Source: Octopus vulgaris
Taxonomy: Eukaryota
Reading direction: 5' to 3'
NCBI GenBank assembly: GCA_951406725.2
Contig: OX597816.1
Span: 181,970,001 to 182,034,000 of the forward strand
DNA length: 64,000 bases
Shown here: one piece after another, positions 26,552-40,032 of the stretch
Position numbering within the stretch: the first letter of the stretch is position 1
Layout: every line of letters begins with the position of its first letter
Program-made: the position numbers and the translations under genes
Notes under the pieces: generated by a model
Database searches by the model: none
The model's input: the letters and a program-made list of their open reading frames with translations, nothing else
Told to the model about the DNA's origin: nothing

Positions 26552-26723
26552 AATAAAGACGATTCGATTGTTTGTATTACACAACGAGAATATCAAATAA
26601 CTCGAAGTTGTCGTCTGCAAAAGTTAGATGCTGGCAACTATTCCTATCGTATACGAGCTACTTCTTTAGCTGCTGTTGGAAACTGGACAGAATACAAGTT
26701 TTTCCTTGTGCCTGAAAGACCAG
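26552..26723 (+). CDS. INSR: Insulin receptor exon (FnIII-3, second part)
   Basis: ttgtag|...|gtaaga. Translates NKDDSIVCITQREYQITRSCRLQKLDAGNYSYRIRATSLAAVGNWTEYKFFLVPERP. Confidence 0.95.
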
Positions 26724-27271
26724 GTAAGAAACTTCAATGTACAATGTATGTCTATGTAAAAGCTCACTTATGAAGTTTACCTGAAGCCTATAGGTTAATG
26801 AAACCTTGACCATATCTGGATTTCTGAGATATTTACGCTGGGAGTACAAGAACCCTACTTCTTGTATGGGATGCCAGTCCATCACAGAATTAACCCTCTT
26901 GTGCTCCATATTATCTGAGTTGTCTGAAGGAACATGGAATGAAGTTCCTTGCTTGAAGGACACAGTGCAACACCTGGTGCAAAAATCAAACCTACAACCT
27001 AAAAGTTATGAGCCCAATCTTCAGACACATAATTATTATATCAGATTAGCTCTGATTAAGCCTTGACCATCCTATATTTTATTCAGACAGCATGTTGATT
27101 AATTACCCAGTGTGTCCTTCTTGTTTTAAGCTTGATGTGTGTAAGTTGAAGGGGATTTGACTGCTATTTCTAGCAGTTTAAATGGCCACCTAGAGGCTCC
27201 TTCAATAGTACAATGTTTATATAGTTTTATGTACAAGCCTGTCAATATGAAAGGATGTATGTATGCATATT

Positions 27272-27775
27272 TATGAGGTACATTCCAGACATTTTGAGAT
27301 TTTTTTTAGGTGAGGCAGTTAAAGCTGTATTTTTATGATAGTGTTACTACACATCTAATAAGCGACCAATGTTTTTATTCCCCATTGAAGGAGATGGCTG
27401 TAACAACTCTTTCAACAGGCCCTACTAAACACTGCTTGTCACAATTTCATTCTGGTAATCTAACTACTTGATGAAATGGGCATCAAAACTGTCCCTCATT
27501 CTCCCTACAATCCAGACTTTGCTCTCTGTAACTTTTGGTTGTTCTCCAAGTGAAGGAGAACCTTAGGGGCAGTTGTTTTGAAGACATTAAGAAGATAGAG
27601 GCTGTGATAAGGGTGTCCTGGACACCTTAACTTTGGAGGACTTCCATGGGGCCTTCACAAAGTGGCCACTACAATAAGTACTTTGAAATCAGATAATCCG
27701 ACTATGAAAGAGATTAGAGTTTTGTACTTCTTTTGAGATTAATTGATGTATCTCTTGAAAAAATTTGAAAGTTTG
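27272..27775 (+). mobile_element. Mariner/Tc1 remnant
   Basis: GIKTVPHSPYNPDFALCNFWLF, matching PYSPDLAPCDFWLF. Confidence 0.65.
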
Positions 27776-29272
27776 CAACAAAAAGAGTGACTGGCCATAA
27801 GAATCTTGCTTCAAATAAGTCCCCATCCAACTGATGCTAGCATGGAAAAACAGACATTAAACAAACTAACAAACACTCGGTACTCTCCTCACGAGTCCTT
27901 CATACACTCAGCTTTGGGAATAGATGAAATTTATTTTTACTAAGAATCTTCAGTTCAATGTCCTTTTACAAACAGAAATTGTATTCTTTCTTAGCTTCTA
28001 TCCCAAATTTTTGTGACTCGAGAAAAGGCATGTTAGCTCTTTAATTTTGCTGTAACCTGTTACTCTGTCAAATGTAATGCTTATTTCTCCATATTGTTTT
28101 GAATTAATCATGCTTTATCTTGTGAGTTTGAGATTTTGATATGATTGTTATTTTTAAAATGATATTGTAGGGTAAGTGTGATAGGCTGGATTTGACTGGT
28201 TTGAATATAAAACAGGTCAAATATTTGGCTCAGATATGGCTGGTTTAAATGCTAAAAAGTTAAAACTGTGACATCTAAATTTCTTCAGGGGTGTAACCAG
28301 CCCTCTTATGCATACCTTTCCTTCATTGGACACTAAACTCTGCTTGTGAAGACCTGTTGTGGCAAGTGAGATCGAAATCGAAATCAAATTCGATGACTGG
28401 CATCTGTGCTAGTGGAGCGCTAAGAGCACCATCCGAGCGTGATTATTGCCAGAGCAACAAGCTGGCCTCCATGCCAGTTCATGTAAAAAGCACCATTCAA
28501 GCATGATCGTTACCTGCGTCGCCTTACTGGCACTTGTGCTGGTGGCACATGAAAAAACATTCGAGCGAGGTCGTTGCCAGTACCACCTGACTGGCCCTTG
28601 TGCTGGTGGCATGTAAAAAGCACTCACTACACTCTCAGCAGTCAATATAGCTCACAACACCTTGGAGCCAACTAAATGGAGATTGTTGTGTCAAAATGGG
28701 ATAAGAGACTTTGTTTCAGCAAGCATTAACATGCTTAGGGTTGTAAAGCAAAGGAGAAAAGCAGCTGCAAATATATTCTGTCTGCACTGACCTGTAATCC
28801 TCATACTGACAAAGAAAATGTAAGTTGTTGGATGCTCATACATGAAAACTAATGGGAAGAGAGTTCATCAGGTATATATCATCATCATCATCATTGTTTA
28901 ACATCCGTCTTCCATGCATGCATGGGTAGGACAGTTGACAGGAGCCAGCCACTTAGAAAAGCTACCCAAGGCTACGGAATCTGTTTTGGCAGGGTTTTTA
29001 TGGCTGGATACCCTTCCTAACGCCAACCACTCTGCTGAGTGGACTCAGTGCTTTTTACATGGCACTAGCACAGGCAGGGTTAGTTTTGGCATGATTTTTG
29101 CTGCTGGATACCCTGCCAAATGTGACACCAGCTCTGGCAGGTTCACCAAGTAACTCGCAAGACAAGGAACCATGAGAGGGGCAGCGGCATTTGAGGAGCG
29201 AAACTTGTGATACAGAAAGGCAGGAACATATGGTGATCAAGTATCAGATGATGAAAGGTTAGAGTGTATCAT

Positions 29273-30060
29273 CATGTGTCTGACCTGTGTCTGAACGTGT
29301 CAAAGTGCTGCCATCTGCCTGTCGGCTCTACTCCTGCAACTCAACTTGATTTCGAGCCGGGTCGTCTGCTGCTGGAGAGGACCGATCAGGTAAAGGACCT
29401 GGGTATCTTGGTGGATTCCTCCTTTTCGCCTTCGGCCCAGTGCGTCCATGCTGCCAACAAAGCACGCGGAATTCTGTTCTTGATTCGACGGTCATTCGGA
29501 ATGCTCACAGCAGCCATATTCCTACCACTCTATGTCACGCTGGTGAGACCCATATTGGAGTACGGGATTCAAGCCTCTTCTCCCTATCTCCTCAAAGACA
29601 TACAGCATCTCGAAAGAGTCCAGAAGCTGGCTACCCGCATGGTTCATGGTCTCAAAAATTTGTCTTTTGAAGAAAGGCTGAAGATGCTCGACCTTTATTC
29701 TCTTGAAAAACGCCGCCACTGTGGAGATCTCATTCTTGCTCACAACATCATAAGCGGAAAGTGTAACCTCTCGAAAGAGCTGTTCTTCACTCCTGCTCCA
29801 GAGCGTTGGCTGCAGGGTCATTCCGAAAAGCTCTACCTGCGACGATTTCATCTCAATCGAAGGAGAGGAGCTTTCTCCGTCCGAGTTGCGGATCTGTGGA
29901 ACAAGCTGCCAGACGAGATGGTGAAGATGCCGACGACCGCTTTGTTCAAAGCCTCCCTGGACCTCAAGTTCTTTACATGAACACCACCCTGTACTTAACT
30001 CCATGTCCCCCTACATGGCCTTGCTATTTGCTTTTGAGCCAAATTAACTAACTAACTAAC
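29273..30060 (+). mobile_element. CR1-clade LINE 3' end, 5'-truncated, (TAAC)n tail
   Basis: 238-aa open frame with KDLGILVD, LYVTLVRPILEYG, LERVQKLATR and FSVRVADLWNKLP. Sits inside a (CAT)n tract. Confidence 0.9.
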
Positions 30061-30550
30061 ATCATCATCGTTTAACGTCCGTTTTCCATGCTAGCATGGG
30101 TTGGACGGTTCGACCAGGGTCTGGAAAGCCAGGAGGCTGCACCAGGCTCCTGTCTGATTTGGCAAGGTTTCTACAGCTGGATGCCCTTCCTAATGCCAAC
30201 CACTCTGAGAGTGTAGTGGGTGCTTTTTACGTGCCACCGGCACAGGGGCCAGAGAAGGCTGGCAACGTCCACGATCGGTTGGTGCTTTTTACGTGCCATG
30301 TATTTAAAATATATCTTCATCAACGTTTAATGTCCATATTCCATGCTAGCATGGAATATATGTATAATATGTTATGTGCACTAGGACTACTTAGGGTAAA
30401 TTCTGATTCAATTGTTAAATAAACCCTATCATGATGATGTTGATATGCATATTCATAGATCACCTGGCCATTATCAGAATGTGTGTTGAATGTTTAAGAT
30501 ACTGCTCTAAGTGTGATAACAGCTAATTCTCTCTCTTATTCTGGTTATAG

Positions 30551-30650
30551 GTTCACCACCCCCACTCAACACCATAATGATAGTAATAATTACATTACTA
30601 AGCGTCCTGGTCACTGTACTTATATTCACTACTATTTGTGTCCGATATGG
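30551..30650 (+). CDS. INSR: Insulin receptor exon (transmembrane helix)
   Basis: ttatag|...|gtaagt. Translates SPPPLNTIMIVIITLLSVLVTVLIFTTICVRYG. Phase 1 to 2 fits its neighbours. Confidence 0.9.
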
Positions 30651-30956
30651 GTAAGTTTTATTTCATTTACTTTCATATTCTATTAACCTTTGAATTATCA
30701 TTATCCCCCGCAAAAAATCTTTTTCATCAAATACATATTTTTACATATATTCTGGATTTGATCACACTGCACAGCGCCTTGGGCATGTGTTTTCTACCAT
30801 AGGCTCAAGTACCTTATGAGTAAAATATGGTAGGTGGAGACTGTGGAAGCCTGATAGGTGTGCACAGGCTTATAAATAATGCGGTTTTTTTTTCATACTT
30901 CTTTTATTTTTCAAAATTAAGAGAAACAAAGTTCTTTTTTAATCTAAAATATACAC

Positions 30957-31318
30957 ACAGGAGTGGCTGCGTGGTAAGTAGCTTGCTTACCAATTACATA
31001 GTTCTGGGTTCAGTCCCACTGCGTGGCACCTTGGGCAAGTATCTTCTACTATAGCTTCGGGCCAACCAAAGCCTTGTGAGTGGATTTGGTAGACGGAAGC
31101 TGGAAGAAGCCCATCGTATATATGCATATATATGTGTATATGTTTGTGTGTCTGTGTTTGTCCCCCAACATCGCTTGACAACCGATGCTGGTTCAGCAAA
31201 AGGGACCGATAGAATAAGTATTAGGCTTACAAAGAATAAGTCCTGGGGTCGATTTGCTCGACTAAAGGCAGTGCTCCCACATGGCTACAGTCAAATGACT
31301 AAAACAAGTAAAAGAGTA
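30957..31318 (+). mobile_element. tRNA-derived SINE, major family
   Basis: Near-identical to 19819-20228 and 52021-52427. Confidence 0.85.
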
Positions 31319-31319
31319 C

Positions 31320-32471
31320 TCCATTTTCTAGCATACTCTTCCATCTATCTGGTAGAGTTGCAAAGCCCCTTCTTCCAAAATTCACTTGTCCGTGACAAAG
31401 AATACTCCTCCAGTACTGTTCTGACCTCATGTACAGAATTCATATAGTTTCTGTCCAAATGATTTTGAAGACTGCAGAATAAATGATAACCAGATAGGAC
31501 AATGTCTGGCCAATATGGTGGGTGGAGCATCATTTCTCATTTAAACTGCTCCAGCCTTTGGAATGTCATCCTCACTGTATGAGGCTGGGCATTATCCTGA
31601 TGGAAGAACACCTTTCGTTTTGAAACCAAAGACGATCATTTTTCTTCTAGTGCTGACTTCAGCTGCTTGCAGCAGATCTCCTTTGTTATCGTTTGGTTTG
31701 GGTTTAAAAGTTCAAAGAGGATTAAACCTTTCATATCCTACCAAACAGATAACAACACCTTAAATGGGTGAAGACCTTCTTTAGCTTTGGGTGTCTGTGT
31801 TTCTCTTTTCCCTATCCACTGTCTTCGGATTTGACACTTTTGTAGAGAACCCATTTCTCATCACCAGTCACTATTTGGTCCAAAAAAAGGTTCATTTGTG
31901 AGATGTGACAGTAAAGAAGAGCATACATTTACTCTGTGCATGGGATTAGATTTGGAAAGCTTGTGAGGAACCCATTGACCCAATTTGCTAACTTTACTGA
32001 TGGCACGCAGGTGTCGATAAATGGTTGATTGACCAAATCCAAGCTTCTCTGCTAGTTCCTCAGCAGTTCCACCAGGGTTTGCTCTACAAATATCTTCCAG
32101 GACGAGGCTTGCCTTCTTGGCTGTAGTTTCTAGCTCGAAATTTCTGGAACCCCCATTGACACTAATTTATGCTTATCGTCCGATCCCCAAAAACTGCATT
32201 AATATTCCTCACACTTTCCATTGCGTTGTTGCCTTTATTGAACTCCTAAAGCAAAATATGCCGAATGTGCTCCTTTGTCACTTCCATTATAGCTTTGGAA
32301 AAATAACTGTTAAAATTGAACTGCACTCTTCAAAATTTGCACTAAGAATAAGTACAAGGTAAAATTACTACCTGCTTTTATAGCAAGTTGATGCAGGTAG
32401 TTTATCCCATCCCCCGACTTCTAGTTCATGCAATTGAAAAATCCGCATTATTTATAGGATGACTCAATGTA
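31320..32471 (-). mobile_element. Degenerate mariner transposon
   Basis: LHPPYWPDIVLSGYHLFCSLQNHL and TGDEKWV on the minus strand. Confidence 0.75.
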
Positions 32472-34409
32472 TGAAAACCAGTATCTTCTTACAAATACTG
32501 TATGGCGATTATGTGCTACTGAGTTATCTACCCTTATGTCAGCGGCCATCTTCCATTTCATATCCTATGACAATGTGAAGGTGCATAGTTTGTGTATGGT
32601 AGTCCTGATCACAAGATCATGAGCAAAACCCTTCATTTCATATACTCTTGTCCACTAAGCTGTAAATGAATTACCCTGCAATGGGTAGCTTCCCATTCAA
32701 GGATAATTTTGTGATCTCGGTCTCTTATACACCATGGAAGTTTGGTAAGCAGCCCTATCAGTCCTAGAACTTGAAACAGTAATGGCCCAAGGGTCTTACT
32801 TTACTTTCTTTTTTATCTTGTGACAAAGATGAAATTAGCTTGATATCATCAGCAATAACTCCTGAAACCAGAACTGCAGCATGACCACAGTCTAGTGTAA
32901 AAGGGGAAAAAAAGCAATGCTTTTCACACCCTTAACTATGATACCAAAATCCAATAATGCTGAAACATCAGCCAAAGATTACGATTGCTTGCAAGCAATT
33001 ATGTTCAAACAAAGAATCCTTAGAGTTTGTCAAAATATTATAATTTCACTTATTTTATTTCTTACTTAAGCCCTTTGCTTCCTATAAAACATAGGCTGTT
33101 GAGGACTTTTCTCCACTATTCTTAACACTAGGTTGTCATGGTTACTCCTTCAGAATGAAGAAGGAGGTGGTGGTGGGGTGCTCATTTTCCTGGGTGGGGT
33201 TCTTTTCTCAAGTCTTTCTGGCTTTGAATTGCCATTACGGCTTCTGTAACTTGACTTCTTTTTTTTTTCTAGGTAGGAATTTTAGCTCTACACCACTCAT
33301 TTTTACCTCTGGGAAGAGGTGGTCCACATTAGTCTGGCCTCTATTCTTCGATTTGTCCAGTATGGGAGGCCCTACCAGGTGCTTGCACTGCACCAGCATA
33401 GCCCTCTGGGTCATTGAAACACACACACTACCACACACAAGTACTGGACTGTCAGAAATCTCTCTAGAAGATTTTCAGTTTGTTTCATCCAATAAGCTTG
33501 GATGAAACAAACTGTCATTGGTGCAGGAGATTACTGGAGAACATTCGGTCCTGAGAGGGGCTGTGAATATTGACAGATGAGTGACATCTTTTTGGGAAGA
33601 TTTTTAAGTCAGTGTTTATAGGCAATTTGAAAATTCTTTAGCTTGGCAATGGTACAAAGTGTACTGGAATGATTACCTTCTCATCTTCTTTCAGCAAGTA
33701 TTTTTCTCCATGTTGTCTACCATAAAAACTGTTGTTATGGGGAATTAGGTTTCCTTATGGAACCTTCACCATCCTCTTCAAATATCTCTTAGAGAAATCT
33801 TATGAAAATTGGTGAATCAGTCCTTTCGTTGTACCTTCATACCTTCATGTTCATGATATATTGTTTTTGATAAATTACTAAATCACCTTTGAGAGTCCTT
33901 CTGTGTAATGAGTTAACAGGTTTTGCATACTTTGCTTTTTAGCAGTACAAATTTAATAAAACTTATAGATTTTTATACTCATTTGGCTAAATAATTCATT
34001 CATGGCCTTCCCCAGAAATTACTGTATTTGATGGCATAGGCATATTAAATGCACCCCAATTTCACCAGGAAAGAAAAATTTTGGGTGCATTAAAGTTTAC
34101 AGGCATCACAACTTTACATATAAGACTTGGGGTAATTTTTGAGACTTTTTTTTTCTTGTGAAGGCTGTGTTTATATACCATAAATATGGTACATTATGTC
34201 CTGTAATTTGTGTAGTGTTTTATTTTATAGAAATGAAATACTACCTGTGAAAAGCAGATTTTAGAGTTAGATCCTTCCAGATTTTTTTACATTTAAATTT
34301 TTTTCTCCCTTAATTAATCAAAATTGAGTTTCCTCATGAACATTTTTTTAATTGTATCTTAACGTGTTATTCAAAAGGACTTTATTTATTTTCATTCTTT
34401 TCCCTTCAG

Positions 34410-34477
34410 TATCTGTAGCCGGGGTAAGGGAGCCTCTTATGTTTCTGTCAATCCAGAGTATGCTAGTGCTCGTGAAG
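34410..34477 (+). CDS. INSR: Insulin receptor exon (juxtamembrane NPEY)
   Basis: cttcag|...|gtgagt. Translates ICSRGKGASYVSVNPEYASARE. The NPEY PTB-docking motif lies at 34450-34461. Confidence 0.93.
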
Positions 34478-34597
34478 GTGAGTAGTAGCCTTTTCGCTTT
34501 TTTTCAGTTACTTCAGAGCTTTAATTAAAATTCGTTGCTTATTAACATTTGCATTTGTGCATTCCATTCAGTGTATAATATACAACCAATGTATTCC

Positions 34598-34861
34598 ATA
34601 AGCGTTTAGCATTTAAACCAGCCATATCTAGCCAAAATATTCTGTTCTATGTTCAGACTGGCCAGATGGTATTGTAGGGCTGGTGTGAGAGGCGAAAATG
34701 GCCAGATCTGGTCTCTCACACCAGCCCTACAATAACATTCTACAAATTAACAGTTACCTTATAAAAATCTCAAAGCTATGTGATAATGCATGATTAATTC
34801 GAAACAGTATGAATAAATTAGCATTACTTTTGTCAGAATAATGTGAATGCTAAACAGTTAA
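34598..34861. mobile_element. MITE copy with an internal inverted duplication
   Basis: Same family as 115-338. Contains a 22-bp perfect inverted repeat at 34670-34734. Confidence 0.75.
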
Positions 34862-35425
34862 TATACAGTGGGGGGGGGGTTAAATATTCGTACATGTCAA
34901 AATTCTTTATTTATTTAATTTCTAATGAAAATAAATGGGATATACCAATACTATATTTGCATACACCTGCATAAACTAAGAATATGCAAAAGAAACTAAT
35001 AAATCCTGCTATGGTGCTTTTACCTATCATCCTTTTGAGGGTTGATAAAAAAGTATTTATCCAATACAGTGCAGTGCATTGGTACAACTGTGGAGTACCA
35101 GATGACTGTTCTGACTGTACTTTACTAGCATGTAGTATTTAGCTACCAAAACAAAATTAGAACACATTCACATAGGAAACAATTGCATTTAAGAATGTCT
35201 CGGAAGACATTTGACTGCAACTGAGGAGCAAAAGAATGTGGGACAAGGCATGTAAAGTTGCTAAACTCTATTCATTTTGGCATTTTTGATTTTAAATGAT
35301 CTGAAATGTTTATATTCTCATTTCAACATTCAAAAAAGCCTATCAAGCAACTGTTGAATTTAGAGAACTTTGTATCTAGAATTTTGACATAGTTAGGTAC
35401 TTGGATGTTTGCACTTTTAGTTATA

Positions 35426-35492
<67 letters not shown>

Positions 35493-36826
35493 AGAGACAG
35501 ACAGACAGACCAGCAAGCAGTATATTGCTGATTATAGCATATAATTGGTCAGCATGTTAGCATTGGTTTCATGCTGGCTGTGTTGTACTTGGCAATATTG
35601 ACAACTCTCCAGACATGCTGGCCAGAAGCATTCGAGAGAGACTATGTACTGCATTGATGGTTTTGCAGCTGTAAACCTATTGCAATACTTAACTTTGATA
35701 CTTTTTTTTTTTTTCTCGTACCTCATGGAACAGTTTACTGTCAGTTAAGACCATTATACATATTTACAATGATAGGTTTCCATTATGATATAATATGCTG
35801 CATTCAAAGCATTAACAATAAAAGATACTGTAGAAATTCTCTTTGGATAAAATCAAAGAAATTAAGACTGTTATTATAGAAATTATATAATTATGTACTG
35901 AATTTTAAAGGATAAAAGCTTAACAATGTTCGGCTTTTACTAATTTTTTTCTTCCCAATATGAAACTTCAGTTCAATGATTTGCTTGTGATGAGCATCTT
36001 CAGTTGAGTGGTGGAACTGTTTGAGGTAAATGCAGCTAACGTTGACATAACATTGGAGGAAAACTTCATTGAGTTATTGTACGATCAGATTGTTGAAGCT
36101 AGGTTCAAAGTTGACAAATAAAACTTATGGGAAAATATTGCTTTCCTTACTTACCTTGTTGAATTTAGTCGTTACTAGGTGAGTTACCAACTATCAAAAG
36201 GTTGTAACTGCTTTGATATTGTAAGGAGAGATAATGTTTAGTTGACAGCAAGAACACTGCACTCAGATACTGAAAAGATTGCAAGTTTGTATCAGCTACA
36301 AAGCTGACATTGGATAAAGTGCTAATTATAAGGATTGTTTTTGTTACTAGATTTTATGTTTGTAAAAAAAATTATCTCATGTAAAGTACACAAAAGTTCA
36401 TTTTTGGCAGTCCTCCTTACACTTTAGTACTTTTATAAAACCTCTGCACGTCTGTATTTTTATAGAATTTTGTTTGCTAATACGGAAATTTTTGCTGCAT
36501 AAAAATTGGTTATTTTTGTGAGTTACCATAAATAATTCATACTGTGATATTTAATAAGCATTGCCAAATGGTAAAATATTTTTCTTCTTTCAAACTAATA
36601 TCATGTACGAGGACACTGCTGAAGTAATTTCATTTCAGAAGGAAGCTAAGAGTCAAAACAAAGAGAGACCCACCAGTCTATATGATGTGTATTTACTATT
36701 TTTCCCACATCAAAAGTTATAAATTAAATATTCAATTTATTTGGGAATATTAATTTTATTAGTTATAGTTATGATTTCTAAGTATTAATTGAAATATTGA
36801 TTACCTTTCAACTTCTTTTATTGTAG

Positions 36827-36969
36827 TATATGAACCTGATGAAACTGAACTAGATCGAGATATGATTAGTCTAATTAGAGAACTTGGTCAAGGTTCTTTC
36901 GGTATGGTTTATGAAGGTATCCTCTTTACAAGTGGAGACGATGAAAAAGGTATCACAGTTGCAGTAAAG
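36827..36969 (+). CDS. INSR: Insulin receptor kinase exon (Gly-rich loop, VAVK)
   Basis: ttgtag|...|gtaatt. Translates VYEPDETELDRDMISLIRELGQGSFGMVYEG...ITVAVK. Confidence 0.96.
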
Positions 36970-37695
36970 GTAATTATATAAATCTCCCTATTTCCCTTTC
37001 AAAGAATCCTTTAATTGGTGTTGATCGGTATACATCCTTTGTGACAAGTTAGCTTTTTTTTTAAATGGTATTCTTCTTTACACTCAGTAAAGTGGTTTGT
37101 GTTAGGGAGGGCATCCAGCTGTAGAAGCCATACTAAAAGAAACCATTGGGACCTGGTGTGGCTCTTGACCTTGCCAGCTCTTGTCAAACCATCCAACCCA
37201 TGCCAGCATGGAAAATGAGCATTAAATGGTGATAAGGATAATGATGATCACCTGTTCTTCAATGAATACATTACATATCAGTTTAAATATAGATGATATA
37301 ATTTAAGTAAAGAAATGGTGAAATTATTTAGAAACAGAAATTTATTTGTTAAGTAATATTCAAATCGAACTGGTAAAGGACGTACATGTTGATCTACTGG
37401 TGTTAGTAGTAATTATCAGGAGTTAAAATTACTTTGATTCTGAATAGTTTCTTACATTTTATGAGCACCTTGTATGTCTTTCATAAGATCTTACACCTTT
37501 ATATGACATGGTGTACCTGCTTAAATCAACAAAATATTGGATTGCATCAAGAAATTCAATCTTGATTTTCTTTTTGCCTCTTTCATTAAGAACCAGTCAG
37601 CCACCTAGTTTAAATTAAGTTTACTATCCTTAGTTTATAAATGAAATTTTAAAGGAATATGATGACTAGCAACAATCATTAGATCAAACTGGCTG

Positions 37696-38180
37696 AATAA
37701 TAATAATAATGATGAAATTATTGTATACAGTGCTCAGGTGCACCACAACTTGTCAAAAGTGTGAATAAAGCATATGCAGTAATGTACAAATGTCTGGGAA
37801 AGGAACAGTGTATGAGTCAGATACATGCTTGTGTGTGTATGGAGGGGAGGAAATCAGGTGTAGTGTTGGCGAATCTCAGGAAGCTTGGAAGTTTTGAAGG
37901 ATGCAGTGCTCCGACAACTAACAACTGATGCTGGCAGTTTGTTCCATGCTTCAGCAACTCTTAGCATGAAAAAATGTTTCCTAAAGTCATGGGAGCTGTG
38001 CTGTTTTCTGACTTTGTAAACATGTCCACGGGTGTTAGACAGGTGGAGTTTGAAAAGGTGATCAGAGTTATTGTTTCTAAGATGGTTGATAATTTTATGG
38101 GTGTCTGCCAAGTCAGTTGCCAGATGGAGTTTCAATGTATCCATGCCCAGGGAAGTAAGGTGTTCAGAATAATTCATCTC
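37696..38180 (-). mobile_element. CR1/L2-type LINE 3' end with (ATT)n tail
   Basis: TRGHVYKV...RKHFFMLRVAEAWNKLPASVV...SFK. Confidence 0.8.
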
Positions 38181-38436
38181 AGACAGTTATATATTTCTTG
38201 TAAATATCTTGTATATAGGTGTGGGCATGGCTGTGTGGTTAAGAAGCTTGCTTTGCAATCATGTGGTTTTGGGTTCAGTCTCACATCACTGCACTTTGGG
38301 CAAGTTTCTTCTACTATGATTCACTTAGTAGTATTACTAATAAACATCAAGCATGTCTATTAATATTCATTCTTGTTCTATTTAATGGTTCCTGTTTGCT
38401 GGTTTTCTGAAAAATATTTCATTCTTCTACTTACAG

Positions 38437-38489
38437 ACAGCAATGTCTGCCGATCGCCATAGCTTTTTAAAGGAAGCTACAGTTATGAA
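38437..38489 (+). CDS. INSR: Insulin receptor kinase exon (alphaC helix)
   Basis: ttacag|...|gtaagt. Translates TAMSADRHSFLKEATVMK, like FLNEASVMK. Confidence 0.9.
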
Positions 38490-39117
38490 GTAAGTATTCC
38501 TCAGTTTTGTTAATATTTCAAATCAGTACAAAGATCCTTACCTTTTAATAATGATATGCATAACTACAAGAAAGATTGGTTAGTTTTCTCAGTTGTTCTT
38601 TGGGTCAGATGAGGAAGAACTGCAACAAATGGTGAGGTGCTGACCTGGAACATATTCATCCAGTCTATGTCAATATGGAAGAAAACAAATTGTTGTAAAA
38701 CAGTGATGATAATGACTTGTTTCATTATCTCCAGGTCAGTATTTGGTGAACAAAGCTCCTCTTCTGAGACACTCTTAGACGTCTGGAACCACATACCCCT
38801 GGCCTGAGAGGGCATTGGGAAACTTTTGAACCACCTTCCTTAAAAGGGTTTGGATGGGGCTTGGAACTAACCTTGTAAACATGGAATTTCTTGTTAGCGC
38901 AGGTCATCAGACTTCACTCATGTCCCTGCTCTTTGCACACATTACAAAAAAAAAAATAGGGTTTGTAGATGTTCAATAGTTTTTGAAGCTAATGTCCTGG
39001 GATTCATTTAATGGACAGTGTCTCTTCCTTGCAAGAATGATCATAAATTTAGTTAACAGATATTGTTCAGGGGAAAGTATTGCTAAGAAGCCGTAGGAAT
39101 GATAAAACACTTCCTAA

Positions 39118-39331
39118 GGCAGCGAGCTGGCTGAAACGTTAACATAGCATGCAAAATGCTTAGTGGTATCTCACCTGTCTTTACATTCTGAGTTCAAATT
39201 CCGCCGAGGTCAACTTTGCCTTTCATCCTTTCAGGGGTCGATAAATTAAGTACCAGTTGCATACTGGGGTTGATCTAATCGACTGGCCCCCCTCCCCCGA
39301 AATTTCGGGCCATATGGATAGAGTAGAAAAG
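39118..39331 (+). mobile_element. tRNA-derived SINE (second family) with 17-bp TSD
   Basis: GGCAGCGAGCTGGC...GAGTTCAAATTCC. Flanked by GATAAAACACTTCCTAA at 39101-39117 and 39332-39348. Confidence 0.88.
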
Positions 39332-39893
39332 GATAAAACACTTCCTAAATGTTTTGCAGTAGTCCTTGGTTTTAGCTCTCTATATCCTGAGATCAAATCA
39401 TTCTGTGAAAGATAACTTTACTTGTAAATTCTTTAGTGGTTTGATGAAATAAGTACCAGCTATGTACTGGGGTCAAATGAATCAACTCTATTTCTTATTT
39501 ACAAGCTATTGTGCTTGTATCAATATTTGACAAATATAGTGATCAATCATATCTAGTCTTTAAAAATTATCAGGTACACTGGCTCCTTTGCAGGTAGCAC
39601 ATTAAAAGCACCATTTGAACGTAGCCGTTGCCAGTACCACCTGACTGGCACGTAAAAGCACCCACTACACTCGCGGAGTGGTTGGCGTTAGGAAGGGCAT
39701 TCAGCTGTAGAAACTCTGCCAGATCAAGATTGGAGCCTGGTTCGCCAGCCCTCAGTCAAAATCGTCCAACCCATACTAGCATGGAAAGCAGATGTTAAAC
39801 GATGATGATGATATTTGTCTTTGCTGTATTCTTTAAAGAAAAAAAAAAGTCTTCAAGGTTTTAAACTTTCATTTCTCTTATTTTCTTGCACAG

Positions 39894-40032
39894 AGCATTT
39901 AGTTGCAATCATATTGTGAAGCTGTTGGGAGTTGTTTCCGTTGTATCTGCTGGCCGACCTTTGGTTGTGATGGAACTGATGGCAAATGGAGACTTAAAAC
40001 AGTTTTTACGCAGACATAGGCCCGATGACGAG
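39894..40032 (+). CDS. INSR: Insulin receptor kinase exon (hinge)
   Basis: gcacag|...|gtaaga. Translates [46 protein letters not shown]. Confidence 0.96.

Noticed and set aside
35970-36008. CUGAAGA-UGCU...AGCA motif on the minus strand
   Set aside because: No GAAA or stem III; too degenerate to call.
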